NCBI RefSeq assembly: GCF_964204645.1 | Contig: NC_134034.1 | Coordinates: forward strand, 9,436,962 to 9,500,961 | Origin: Tubulanus polymorphus | Taxonomy: Eukaryota > Animalia > Nemertea | Direction of reading: 5' to 3' | Length of the DNA: 64,000 bases | Notes under the pieces: generated by a model | What the model was told of the DNA's origin: nothing | The model's database searches: none | What the model saw: only the letters and a program-made list of their open reading frames with translations | Part shown: positions 39,850 through 52,700 of the stretch, in pieces | Layout of the letters: each line of letters opens with the position of its first letter | Position numbering within the stretch: the stretch's first letter is position 1 | Translations under genes and position numbers: made by a program

Positions 39850-39964
39850 TAGTTAGTTACCTAATCGTTGGTGGTAAGCTTTTTATAATCGGATGGGCTT
39901 ATACCAACTGTGGTTTGTGAAAATATCCGATCGTGAAACTAAACCACAGTCAGGTTACTGACTA
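39850..39964 (+). mobile_element. 115-bp MITE with 9-bp TSD, copy B
   Basis: Inverted relative to copy A; TSD CACTCAAGT on both sides; partial third copy at ~39716-39748. Confidence 0.8.
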
Positions 39965-40058
39965 CACTCAAGTGTAATGAACTGAAAGGGTTTAAATCTT
40001 TTTTTTTGCAGAACTCTTTATTCTATTTCTTTTTTACAGCTGAACGGATCAAATAACA

Positions 40059-43000
40059 ATGTTTTATCGTACGGGTATCGTGTTCCTATCATCGGCGACG
40101 GAGGTCACTCCTGTGTTCATATCGCGCGTGATAAAAACAGCCTCGATGTACGTTCACGGAACCCTTTATTTCCGTCTAGAGCCACCTATGGACGAGCGAC
40201 CAAAGCGATGCGTGTCGACGGTTTTATGCACGCGATCGGTTCGCGATGCGGTCGCGACGACCTACGCTCACGGCGGCCGATATCCGAGCCTCGATATCAG
40301 ATTTCTACTCGCGAATATCGACAATACACCCCAAACATCGTTCGCGGCTCAAAATTTGAAATTCAAACCGGAGATTCTGTTCGCGGAACGCGAACGTGAT
40401 TTACCGGTTTTTCGTAGTGCGTTGTCGTCGCTTTGCGTCGGAGATTTGTCGAAAATTCCGGCCAAGATAATCAATTCCTCCCCAGGGCAGACGGACGCAT
40501 CAGTTGTGGCAGGCGGGGATTCCTCGGGGCAGACGGACGCATCAGCTGTGGCAGGCGGGGATTCCTCGGAGCAGATGAACGGATCAGCTGTGGCAGGTGG
40601 GGATTCCTCCGAGCAGACGGATGAAGGTTTGTTTACGTCTCACCGGTTCGTCGTTTGCGGAGGAACCTTCGATCGTTTACACAACGGACACAAGATTCTG
40701 TTATCGATCGGGTTGATGCTCGCTTCAAAAAGTCTAACAGTCGGCGTTACCGACGGCGATATGAACTCCAGTAAGTTGTGTGACGTACTTGTCAGCTGAA
40801 CGGTCACCGCCTCCAGATCAGTTCCCACCCACAAAAAGTTCGAGTGGCGTTTATTGAAATTGTTACTTCGTTTCAGAGAAGAAGTTAAACGAGCTGATGC
40901 AACCGATATCGGAGCGTGTCGAAGCTTTACGATCGTTCATGGAGGACGTAAAACCGGGAATCGAGCACGACGTCGTCGCGATTACCGATCCGTTCGGACC
41001 GACCGTCGTTCGTCCGGAATACTCCTGCATCGTCGTCAGCGATGAAACGAGAAAAGGCGCAGCTATGATCAACACGGCCAGACGTGAAAAGGTAAACTTT
41101 TTTGGGATTTTGCGTAATGTTTTGTTAACCCTTTCAGTGCGTCTACACCGCAGTGCGGTGTATGAATCGGTGATGGACTTTGCTAGTACACTGCACTGCG
41201 GTGTATTGATGTAATAAGTAATTAGTTTTTATCTCTATTGAAAGATGGCAGCACCTGTCAAACATAGTGAAACATAGGTAACTAACGATACACCGCGCCG
41301 CGGTGTATACGCACTATAGTGATACTCCCGTTATTCAACACCCTAGGGCGGAATTTTTCAAAATTTTCAAATTATCTCCAGCACTATAGGGTATTGATTA
41401 GTCAGCACTGAAAGGGTTAAAGTCGTGAAAATGTATAAAAAAATATTTGATTTTCGTGCTTAACATTTTCTTGCAGGGAATGCAGATATTGGAAGTGGTC
41501 AGCATCGATTTAGTCGAAGATGAAAACCACTCGGTCGAAGAAGAGACGAAAATCAGTTCGTCTTCGCTGCGTAAACGTCTGCTCGGAACGTTGTTTAACC
41601 CGGTCGTGACGACATCGTCCGAGATTCCTAGCTCGTCGCCGTACGTGATCGGTCTTACCGGCGGTATCGCCAGCGGTAAGTCGTCGATCGCTGAACGACT
41701 GCACGGTTTCGGAGCGGCCGTTATCGACTGCGATAAACTCGGTGAGTTGAAATTTTTAGATCTTTAGCCGAGGCCTATCGCGATTTTACTTTCCGGTAAT
41801 TAGTCCTTAACCCTTTCTTTCAGTGCTGACTAATTAATATCCTATAGTGCTGAAGATAATTTGAAAATTTTTTAAAATTCCACGCTAGTATGTTGAATAA
41901 CGGGAATACCACTATAATGCGTCTACACCACGGCGCGGTGTATTGTTAGTTGCTAATATTTCACTGTGTTATATGTGTTATAATTACTAATTACATCAAT
42001 ACACCGCATTGCGGTGTACTAGCAAAATCTCACTGATTTATACACCGCACTGCGGTGTAGATGCACTGAAAGGGTTAAATGTGGATATCAATGGGCAGTC
42101 TGCAACCCTTACCCCTCAGAAATTTGATTCTTTATTAGCACTGATCGTCCAAACTTCATGCAACAACAGCAACTTTTTCACCAGTTCCTTTTTTTCCAGG
42201 GCACCAGAGTTACGCTCGTGGCTCTGCAGCTTATCAACAAATCATAGAACAGTTCGGTTCGTCGGTCGTTGCAGACGATGAAACAATTGATAGAAAAATC
42301 CTCGGGTCGATCGTGTTCACAAATAAAGTAAATGATTTTCCATTGTTCTCACTGATACTTCATCGTTTTAACGTTAACTCTGGTCGCCACTTTTATTTGA
42401 CTTGCTGACATGCGAGTTATTTTCCCTGATTTGATCTGCTAAGAATCCAAGCGTTTAACACAGTTGGTACAAAAGTAACTGTTCGAATATCTACGCGTGC
42501 TCTAGCAAACTCAGCAAATTTGGCCACCCAGATAAAGGTGACTGTCAAGAGAAATTGCCATCGCCAATTCTAAGCAATGTGAAATTTATTTCCCAAATCC
42601 TCCGTTGCTTCCCTGATCAGAGGAAGATTTATCAAATTCCCAAATATTTCCAAACTGAGTAATTCCTTAGTTTCCTATCGCCTCTGAGCTGAGATGGGTT
42701 GGACAGCGATGTGCTCGATAAGATGAATTCAGTACGCCTAAAGTCATCGATTTTACTACTTTCAGGATCAATTGAAAGCGTTGAACGATATAGTCTGGCC
42801 GGCGATCAAAGATCTAATCAAAACTGAATTACTTCATTATAAACAAAAAGGTTCGTAAGGTTCGTAGCCTACAGCCATAAAGACCCAAGGACTATAGAGG
42901 AATCGCGTGACTCCGCCATATTGCTGGTCATCGCGGTGTGAGATTTTCACGACAAGACCCTTGAACTTTGTAAATCCCACGATAATCTTATGTTGTTATG

Positions 43001-45779
43001 TATTGCAAGTCTGCGGCGCTGGTTGACAAACTAACTACGACATCACGCACGCGCAAACGGAAGCGATAAAGGGCCTCGAGTTGTCGCATTCCAACTCGAC
43101 AAGTCGCCATATTTATGTCGATACATCGCGTCAAGTCGACACAAAATTCAAAGAATTGAGGTCTTTTACGTGACAACATAGTTAGTTTGCCAGCCACCAG
43201 TGCTGACGACAGACGTAACAACATAATAGATGGATAAAACCCACAATAAAAAGAAAAAACTATCTTGTAGCTTAACAAGATAGTTTTTAGCCCACTTGGG
43301 ACTTTAGTCCCAGCGGCCTATTGCGTTCACTTTTCGTCCGTCGTCCGTCCGTAGATGGAATCCAGTTATTTTGGGAAGTTTTGAAGACGCTTCAAGGTAA
43401 CGTCTTGATATTTGGGTTACACGTGTATCTACCCTAGACACATCTTCAGCCCAAAAACTGGCCCTGTCAGAATCAAGATGGCTGACTGGCAGCCATTGTT
43501 GTTCGCCAAAATCAGCACTTTTTACACATTTTTGAACTTTTTGAGGGAAATTTTGAAGACGCTTCGATCAAATACCTTGATCTTTCGGATATATATGAAT
43601 CCCCCCAGGGCCCATCAACGAAACAAAAATTGGGTCGGTCGGACTCAAGATGGCCGTCCTATGACCTTTTTAGTGCCCAAAAATGTTAATTTTTGCCCGA
43701 ATTCTGAGTCCTGTAGCTTCCTACTGGTTTACCATTTCTCATTGCAATTTGTGATGGGTATTCTTTGGAAAGGGATGTTTTATACCTCAGACAGGTATTT
43801 TTCATCAGCCAATTAAGACGCAATTGGCGGCCATCTTGGTCTCACCAGTACTCATTCGTAAGTGGGAATTAGAAAGTTGTAGCTCATAACGTGTTCTATG
43901 ATTGTGGTGAGTTTCAAGGTAATTGGATTTCGTATATGGCCACCAGGGGGCGTTGAATAATACAATATCCAAGTATTTCTATATTATATTCGTACCTATG
44001 CATATTTTGTAACCACAATCAATTGGAAAGTTGTAGCTCATGACATCATCTATGATTTTTGCGAGTTTTAAGGACATTAGTTTTTCTATATGGTCACCAG
44101 GGGGCGTTGAATAGTAGAATAACTTAGTATTTCCTTATTATATTGGTACCTAGGCATATTTTGTTACCATGATCAATTGCAAAGTTGTAGTTCATGACAT
44201 GTTCTATGATTGTGGTGAGTTTCGAGGTCATTGGGTTTTGAATATGGTCACCAGGGGGCGTTGAATAGTAGAATGACTTAGTATTTCCATATTAAATTGG
44301 TAACGAGGCATATTTTGTTATCACAATCAATTACAAAATCGTAGCTGCTGACATGTTCTATGATTTTGGTGAGTTTCAAGGTCATTGGTTTTTGTAAATG
44401 GTCACCAGGGGGCATTGAATATTGAAATTGTTAGATTGTTGAGCATTTGAAACCATTTCCCAAGTGGGCATGGTGTCCCTGGACCCCTAGTTTCTTTTTA
44501 TTGTGGGTTTTATCCATCTATTATGTTGTTATGTCTTTCGTCAGCACTGGTGGCTGGCAAACTAACTATGTTGTCACGTAAAAGACCTCAATTCTTTGAA
44601 CTAAACTCCAAATTTTAAGGAACTGGAATTTCTTTTCCCAATTCAACTTTACCCAAGTGGACTATCAAAACAACTATTAACTATTTAACTATGAATTACT
44701 GGTCATCATCCCCTAGCTTTCAACTGTTGGGGGGCAGCACAAACATCTTTCACAAGCAGCCTCCACTGCAGCCGGTTCTCCGCCAAGTGTGTTAGTGCGC
44801 CAGCTCACAGGCCTATCCATGAACAATTTTGTTGTCATCTATCCACTGCTGTTGTATGCCAAAAATGTGACAAGTTTCTTTTGCAATTTGTACTGTCAAT
44901 AGATCAGTTTAAAACCAACTTAAACCATTGTGTAATGATTTTTTCAGGTCAGATAGTTGTAATATTAGACGCGGCTATTCTACTGGAAGCCGGTTGGGAT
45001 TCTATGTGTCACGAGGTTTGGGCGACAATCATTCCTAAAAACGAGGTACGTTTTGTATCCAGACCCGAGATGTATTATCAACTAAAGGGGTTCCTCCCTC
45101 ACAAAACCTGATTCTATCTGTAGCGTTCCTTCCTTGCAGGGATTTGAACCTGATGACTTCATGAGACTCTGTCACAATACAAACCCTTGTCCTAGTAGAC
45201 ACATCCTCCCTCACAGGGATTTGAACCTGACGACATCATGAGACTCTGTCACGGTACAAACCCCTGTCCTAGTAGCACATCCTCCCTCACAGGGATTTGA
45301 ACCTGACGACATCATGAGACTCTGTCACAGTACAAACCCCTGTCCTAGAAGACACATCCTCCCTCACAGGGATTTGAACCTGACGACATCATGAGACTCT
45401 GTCACAGTCCAAACCCCTGTCCTAGTAGACACATCCTCCCTCACAGGGATTTGAACCTGATGACATCATGAGACTGTGGTTTTCCTCCCACACAGAATCT
45501 GACCCTGCCTTTGTCACGACGTTCCTCCCGAAATTGATCTCCGTTTTCTCACATTTCTAGGCAGTGAAACGGATCGTGGAACGTAATTCACTATCGGAAC
45601 AGGCGGCTCTGTCTCGAATAGAATCACAACTAGATAACCACGAGCGCGTTTCAAAATCGAATGTTATACTGAGCACGCTGTGGGAACGCGGCGTAACGCA
45701 AAAACAAGTCGAGAAAGCGTGGAATTTACTGTTATCCCGGATACCAAAATCAGCGCCACACACGGATTCGAAATATTAG
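40059..45779 (+). CDS. COASY: Bifunctional coenzyme A synthase (PPAT + dephospho-CoA kinase), ~573 aa
   Basis: Exons 40059-40770, 40877-41091, 41477-41741, 42200-42327, 42766-42850, 44948-45045, 45561-45779 (1722 nt). PPAT motifs [40 protein letters not shown]-loop [30 protein letters not shown]. Confidence 0.95.
41129..41416 (-). mobile_element. piggyBac-type MITE, copy 3
   Basis: TTAA TSD on both sides; reverse-complement orientation. Confidence 0.8.
41811..42074 (+). mobile_element. piggyBac-type MITE, copy 4
   Basis: TTAA TSD on both sides; small internal deletion. Confidence 0.8.
43147..44600. mobile_element. Palindromic foldback element split by HINE copy B
   Basis: 43147-43260 is the reverse complement of 44491-44600; central hairpin AACTATCTTGT-AGCTTA-ACAAGATAGTT. 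Confidence 0.7.
43284..44490 (+). mobile_element. Helentron-associated (HINE/DINE-1-type) element, copy B
   Basis: Near-identical inverted copy of 36066-37340: TTTTTAGCCCACTTGGGACTTTAGTCCC...CAAGTGGGCATGGTGTCCCTGGACCCCTAG. Confidence 0.75.
44703..44855 (-). mobile_element. Degenerate RTE-like LINE 3' end
   Basis: Minus strand reads ..[21 protein letters not shown].. followed by a GATGATGA tail. Confidence 0.35.
45127..45475 (-). repeat. 77-bp tandem satellite (~4.5 units), same family
   Basis: Reverse complement of the 6320-7351 unit, in the last COASY intron. Confidence 0.9.
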
Positions 45780-46370
45780 CCTGGGAAAAATTTAGATTTT
45801 CAGTTTTATAAACGCAATGTAACTGAGGGAATGAAATATAGTTAAACTTGTTTAAGTGTAGCTCGGATGAAACTTATGTCTAGGACTTATCCAAATGATG
45901 ACTTACCAGCGCAAATTGAACTTAAAAGTACAAATTGAACTTAAGAATAGTGAAAACTTATTCAAAGGCGACTTATTCAAGTTTAAATGTACGTTGCAGA
46001 GGTTCTATTTTCCTAATCGCACCTGAAGGTTTGTCTAGTCTCAATCTCAACAACGACGAATTGTTTAAAAATAATTTCAGAATTAAATTGTTAAATTTAT
46101 AATGGAAAGTCTTCGAGTTTAATTGTTTTTTGTTAGATTTTTTTCTTTTCCACCGCCGACACACCCCTGCCCCGAGACAAGAAATTTGAATAATTTCATA
46201 CTGGATTTAACAGGCTATGGGCCTATAAAAAGATTTCCTGGTGCCATAGAATTTGTGCTAGCAAGGTTCCAACTAATCATTTAACATACTCCGACCGCTG
46301 ATGTCTGTTCAAGATGGATATCAATCTTAAATCAGAAAAAATTCTAAAGTTCAAAAAAGATCAGACTTAA

Positions 46371-46630
46371 ACCTTTCAGTTATGACTAATCAAAACCTAA
46401 AGTGCTGGAGATGATTCTTAAAAATTCCAACCCAGTGCGGTGTATAACGATTATACAGCTTTAGTGCATCTACACCACAGTGCGGTGTATCAGTTACTAA
46501 TAGTCAACTGTCTGACAGGTTCTGCTGTCTTGCAATACGAATACCATCAATGCACCGCGATGTAGTGTCCTAGTTAAGTCCATTAATGATTTATACACTG
46601 CACTGCGGTGTAGTAGATGAACTGATAGGG
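46371..46630 (+). mobile_element. piggyBac-type MITE, copy 5 (diverged)
   Basis: TTAA flanks, degenerate TIRs, same internal sequence. Confidence 0.7.
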
Positions 46631-46760
46631 TTAAACATAGTCAACTGCGGAATTTCACCTGCTCCTCGATCAAACCCTAATATCACCTTCCTGGACACAA
46701 AACAAATGTAGGTCAGATCAAATTTCAAGAAAAATATTTTAATCAAGTTTATCCACAATT

Positions 46761-49700
46761 TCATCGTTTCTTTTTTCTTTTCGCGGAATTGTTTAATTTT
46801 CGGCCGCATTCCATTGATTCTAGTTCGTCTGCTGACGCGGTGACCTTCATTCGTTTTTTCAGCTCATCGAAATTCTTCACTCTGCAGAGAAAGCAAAAGA
46901 ACATCATTTTCCGTTTGGAAATAAAAAGGCCCAGTTTTGTACAACAGAACCTCGTTACAACAAACTTTAAGGGGACCAGAAAATCTGTTCACCATAACTG
47001 ATATACATGTACATGATTAAAATCAGCATTTTCAAGGTTAAAATTTACTTCTGCAAACTTTGTTGAATTCAAAAATGACTGAAATTAGTCTATCCACGAA
47101 TGATTGAAACTTTAACCCACAACTGCTGCGGAACTGGGTCAAAATTAAATACTCGCCTCTTAATGGATTCATTATTTGATTTACTAGTCGTTTGATAAGG
47201 GCAGTCCTTCACTTTATGGCCGTTTTCTCCGCAAATGAAACATCCTGAAAATTCACAAACAAATATCTGCGGGTGAAACCACTTTGTGTCGAGGTGAAAT
47301 ATCCAATGTCCGGTGGTTCTATATCATTTACTTGTCGTATTAGAGCCACACTTGTGATCGATAGGTTTACACTGCACGCATTGGTTACAATGGATGAATT
47401 TCTCTTTAACGCAGCGTTTACATCGTTTACAATGTATGTATCGACCGCCGTCCTGAAATCGAGATCAAAAACTGTGTTGGTTCATCTCCAAAATATCCTC
47501 ACTCTTTCAATTTTTTGATAAAATAAATTCTCCATTTTAAAATACTTTAAATTTGTGTAGTGGGATTTTATCTTATTATCTGTTCACCACGTTTCAGTGT
47601 GGTTATTTAACTAACATGATTAAAACCCGTTTCGCATCAAAATCTCTTTTAAAAAGTGATGAGAATGTTTTACTTAGTGATGTACGCAAGATTTCATTAT
47701 ATTGAGAAATTATAAGCGCATCAATCCATATGGTCTGACCCGAGCGTTTGTGTAGTATACCTTTGAAGTGCAGCTTTTGCAGGTGTTACAATGCTGGTTT
47801 TCATCGTAAACTGATCTTTTGCATTTTTTGCAATATCTGAAATTTAAAGAACCAGAAAATAAATACCTTTGTCTGAAAAAATTTAGATGAATTTTGAGCA
47901 AGTTCCTCAGTTCTGGACCCAGTTCTACTGTAGTGAGTTTTTTTTTTAATGATCCAATTAAGCTATAAGCTTTTAGAGGAGTTTTGGTCATTTTGTTCGA
48001 ATTAAAAGAGTTTCAAGCACTGCCAGTTGGTCAAATCTAATGAGAAGTGGATCGCGAAAGGAGCGTAGTTACCGATATCCTTCTAGGTCGATGACGATTT
48101 TCCTCGGTGAAATATTTGTGAATACCCGAACGACGGAACCGTTTTTATTTCCGGTCTGATGAAACGTGGCGTGATTCGTGTAATCAACCTGAAAACAAAC
48201 AAACAACATTTTCATATTGAAACGCGAGATTCTTATTGCAAACACAAGGCTCCGGTTTCTCTGCTGGCTTTTTTAACTCCTGATTCCTTGAGTTGACACA
48301 GCATTGGGAATTACATTGTATCTACTTTGCTAAACTACATTTCAATGCGTTATATAAGGCATTTTTGATTATGCCAGTCCTCAATCGTGCAAGAATTTTT
48401 TTTTGAAAATATTTAAATTCTTAGCTCGAATTCAATGAGATGATACCGCATCCAGATTTATTACAACGCCACAAATTTCAATGTTAAAGCTAAAACCTTT
48501 TCTGCACGAACAAATTTGTGAAATTCAACTAAAATTCAACGAAAATACATATTTTCATAACTGAAACCACCATCTTTACGACGTCCATTTATTCTTGGTC
48601 GGAACGGTGGCGTTATAACAGACTTCCATTGTTTATTCATTTCTACTCCTGGGCAAAAATCATTTTCATCTTCAAAACACACCAAATATTCCGAACCAAA
48701 ACATCCCTGTTTCACCGATCTATGAATGAACAGGATGTGGATGCCGTAGAAGTCAAGCGGTTTCTCGTTAAAATACCGACATACCTTAAAATCTAACATT
48801 TTTATCGCGGGAAGCGATTCGAGAATTCTCGGCTCCATGAAATACGGACAAAACAACATCAACGACAGAACCTCAGAATCGCATTGAGCTGTAATCGAAC
48901 AAACATGATCTTGGATTAAAGTGCACACGTACCACGCGGGGGATGGTCAGCAACTTTCCTCCCTATACGCACAAAACGCTTAAATTGCCCGCACATTAAG
49001 GTTTGAAAATAAGCAGGACCTAGTTTCACAGTTGTGAGTTAGAGTTAACTCCACAGTTAGAATCAGTTCATTTTCAATGTTCTAACTCTAGCAGTCTAAT
49101 TAATGAACTAAACTTGTATCCAAGAACCTTAAACCTGAATCTAAACAAGTACAGGGGTCAAAATACTAGGGGCCGGCTGTAGTCTAGTATAATCAAAGGC
49201 CTTCAAAGACAAATACGTAATGAGACAAATAGATAAACCAGAAAATATGTACAAATACCAGACATTACTGATGTCGAATATTAAGACTACTTGCTTGGAA
49301 TTCACGTACCTTGTTTTCGCCAGTCGGCTTCAATTTTGCGTACGGTCGACGACAGCACGTCGATTCGACCACCGAACGGCGGGTCGATCAACACAACCAA
49401 TTCTTTTTCCGCCAAAAACTGTTGATAGGTGGCGACGCTGTCCTCGCCGTCGAAGAAATGCCCGTTGAAAACGTTGTAGCGACAGAATTGAGTAGGTGGG
49501 AAAAACTGCAGCTGAAAGATAGAAAACAGAGTCCAACTAAATCCATCCGGTTTATGGGAGGTCATTTTCTTCTTTACTGATGTCGAACAAAATGGCTTGC
49601 AAATATTGTCCGGAATAGACCCGAATCTGGGTTAAGCCAATCCAGATTAAACGAGTTTGACTGTACTACCTGGAGCCCCCACCTCTCAGACATTTTATCG

Positions 49701-52700
49701 CAATCGTACAATCTTTTATCATCCTTACCTCATTTCTATATGTACCATCTTTGAATTATGATAATTGCAAAAAAGTTATATAAATTCAAGATGGAGGGCG
49801 CATGAAAAAACCTGACTTCACGCGAGATATTCTTAATCAACAAACCAATCGGCTACTTACAAATCTGTGATCCATATCTAACAGCAAACTAGAAACGGAT
49901 TTGTATTGATGGTGCAAAACTTCATGAATCCTGAAAAAGTTAATTTGCTATTAATTGGATGATGATCTGACAGTTCGACATGGAATTCTAACTCCCATTT
50001 TTAGTAAATTCAAGGTGATTCAAAATTAGACTTCTTAACAAAATACCGTATGCACCCAAGAAATGGAATTGAGCTTTAAACTTTTTCCGAGAACGACTAG
50101 GAACACTGGTACTGTACTCACCTCGGGCAACCAATACATAATACTCGTTTATATTTCAATCTATCGACAATCGTTCGCACGAGAAATCCCACAGTCTCTG
50201 ACGTAAATAAATATTGCTACAAAACATATAACATTTAAAATACATTATGTCTCACGTGGATGTTTTGTAGCATGCGAAGCGTAGTCACTTGCGTAATCCC
50301 TGTGAGGGACGATGTGTCTACTAGGACAGGGATTTGTACTGTGACAGAGTCTCATGATGTCATCAGGTTCAAATCCCTGTGAGGGAGGATGTGTCTACTA
50401 GGACAGGGGTTTGTATTGTGACTGAGTCTCATGATGTCATCAGATTCAAATCCCTGTGAGGGAGGATGTGTCTACTAGGACAGGGATTTGTACTGTGACA
50501 GAGTCTCATGATGTCATCAGGTTCAAATCCCTGTGAGGGAGGATGTGTCTACTAGGACAGAGGTTTGTACTGTGACAGAGTCTCACGATGTCATTAGGTT
50601 CAAATCCCTGTGAGGGAGGATGGTACAGTTTTAAAGTACTTACAGCATTAGTTTTATTATTATCTAAAGGCGTTAACAGTGCTTCACTTGGATTTCTCAT
50701 CATATTCTCACTGACTCCACTAATAATGCGATGACCTTCATGATGTTTATCACAGTTCGATTTTAACGCAATCAACTCTTCACAAGTTTGACAGTAATAA
50801 GATTCTGCTCTGCATAAACTGTCTGAAAATCTGGATGTTTAAAAACAGTAAAATCTTTGCAATTATACAAAATAATTCTGAAATCAATGTAATGTTAATT
50901 TCAGGACCAAGCACTTGCAATAGGTTTTAAGTTAAGATTAGTTGAAGATCCATGACGAGCTTAGATTGGTCGTAAGTTGTCAGATTGGCCAAAATGAGTT
51001 TAAGACTGGTTTTAAGCTAAATTGGTTATTGAACTAAAATGAGCATAGACTGGTCTTCAGTTGCTAGATTGGTAATAGAACCAAAATGAGTTTACTCTGG
51101 TCTTAAGTTGTTAGAACCAAAATGAACTTAAATGATTCAAAGCATGATACACATAGGCCTACCTTTGATAATACTGTTTATGAGTAAAGGGTAGTGTGTA
51201 GTGCCCTCTATTGGTGAATTTCTTCGATCCAAACGGTACGTAGAGGGAGCAACGCGACCGGTCTCGACAAGCGGAGCACGCGTAAAACCTTTCGACTCTT
51301 CGCCGAGTTTCCCCTGAGCCGCTCTGTACGTACCTTTCAAACAATAAACCAGGCCCTAAAAACAGGATGGATAAATATTTTTACAGGAGCGCCTCTAAGT
51401 TGAGAGTTCCACATGCACGCCAAAATCTGGGAAACATTTCGAAGTTTATCAATTATAACATGGTTCTCACGGTTATTTTCAATATCAGCCCCGCCCCTGT
51501 GGATAGGATTATCAATTCTAGGCAGAAATAATCGTAATCATTTAGGCATAAGTATCGGTTCAGAATTACTGATCGAAAGCAGCATTCGTTTTTTAAAAGG
51601 CAGGTGATTTTTAGCCTATGCAGTATTATTCGTGTTAATGCTATTTTCCCAATGGCACGTTCTGATTGGCTTATTGACGCTGCGCATGTGCACTGAGATG
51701 CGCTTATTTAAGGAAAGTGTGGAGAACAGAGTTAGAGAAAATAGGAACATAGAGCGGGATTCGAACCCAGCCCAGCAGATTACACTAGTCTAATATCTTC
51801 CTACTAGACCACCGGGCTCACTGGAAACCAGCTGTAAGTTCTCACTAGGCCTACTATAGCCTCCCCTTACCCTAACCCTATCCCAAGAAGGGGTAAAACT
51901 GACCCTAAACCCCACCCAACCCTCTAATGTCTATTTCAACCTGACTTGAGAGCATTCCGGGTGGCCTAGCTCAAGTCAGTTTTGGTAGTACATACCTGAT
52001 AAAAGTCTTATTAGGACCAGAATGCATTGGCAGCTGACCTAAAATATTGTTTTTTAATCCACTTTAAACTATCCAAAAAGTCTGCATTGAGAGGGGTTCC
52101 TGAGAGAAAAAAGACTCCATGATTTGAAAGTTTAACAATCACTATCAGTCCATTGAGAGTGCGGAAAATGAGCGGAAAATTCAGTGCTGAAAAATAGCTG
52201 AATTTGAGCGGAAATTCACTGAAAATGAGCGGAATTTAACATTTGTAGCGTACTGAAAATGAGCTGAATTTGAGCGGAACGTGTCCCCCTTTCGGCTTAT
52301 TTTCTGCTCATTTTCTGCTGAGTTCCCTTAGCTGTTTTTGAGCGGAAAATTAACAACAATTCTTTCAGCCTCGATTTGGACTAATTAGCATTTTCAAATC
52401 GAGGCTGAACTATTCTGGAATTCCGCTTCCTTAGAAGCTGGCTTATGTCAACAGCAACGAAGCCTACCGAGCAACCGCGATCGCAGCCCAACTTACAGTC
52501 TATGTTGAACCGATAGAGCAGCAACTAGCGGCTTCTTGTAGGCGATAAACCCAGTTGTGTCGGTAGGCGTCGCGTTGCTTGTCATCATAAGCCATTATTG
52601 GCTCGATTTCGCACCACAGTGTCTGTGGTGACACGGCATCCCTATTATGACGTAATTTTTGCGTGCTCTTCCTGCCTATTAACAAAAACCCATATTTATT

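Noticed and set aside
42848-42866. Duplicated donor AAGGTTCGT-AAGGTTCGT after a COASY exon
   Set aside because: Only a 9-bp duplication; the second donor would add an in-frame TAA, and there is no evidence it is used.
43412-43816. 134-aa ORF and its mirror ORFs at 36819-37451
   Set aside because: They lie inside the non-autonomous HINE copies, the frame is not preserved between copies, and no domain is recognisable.
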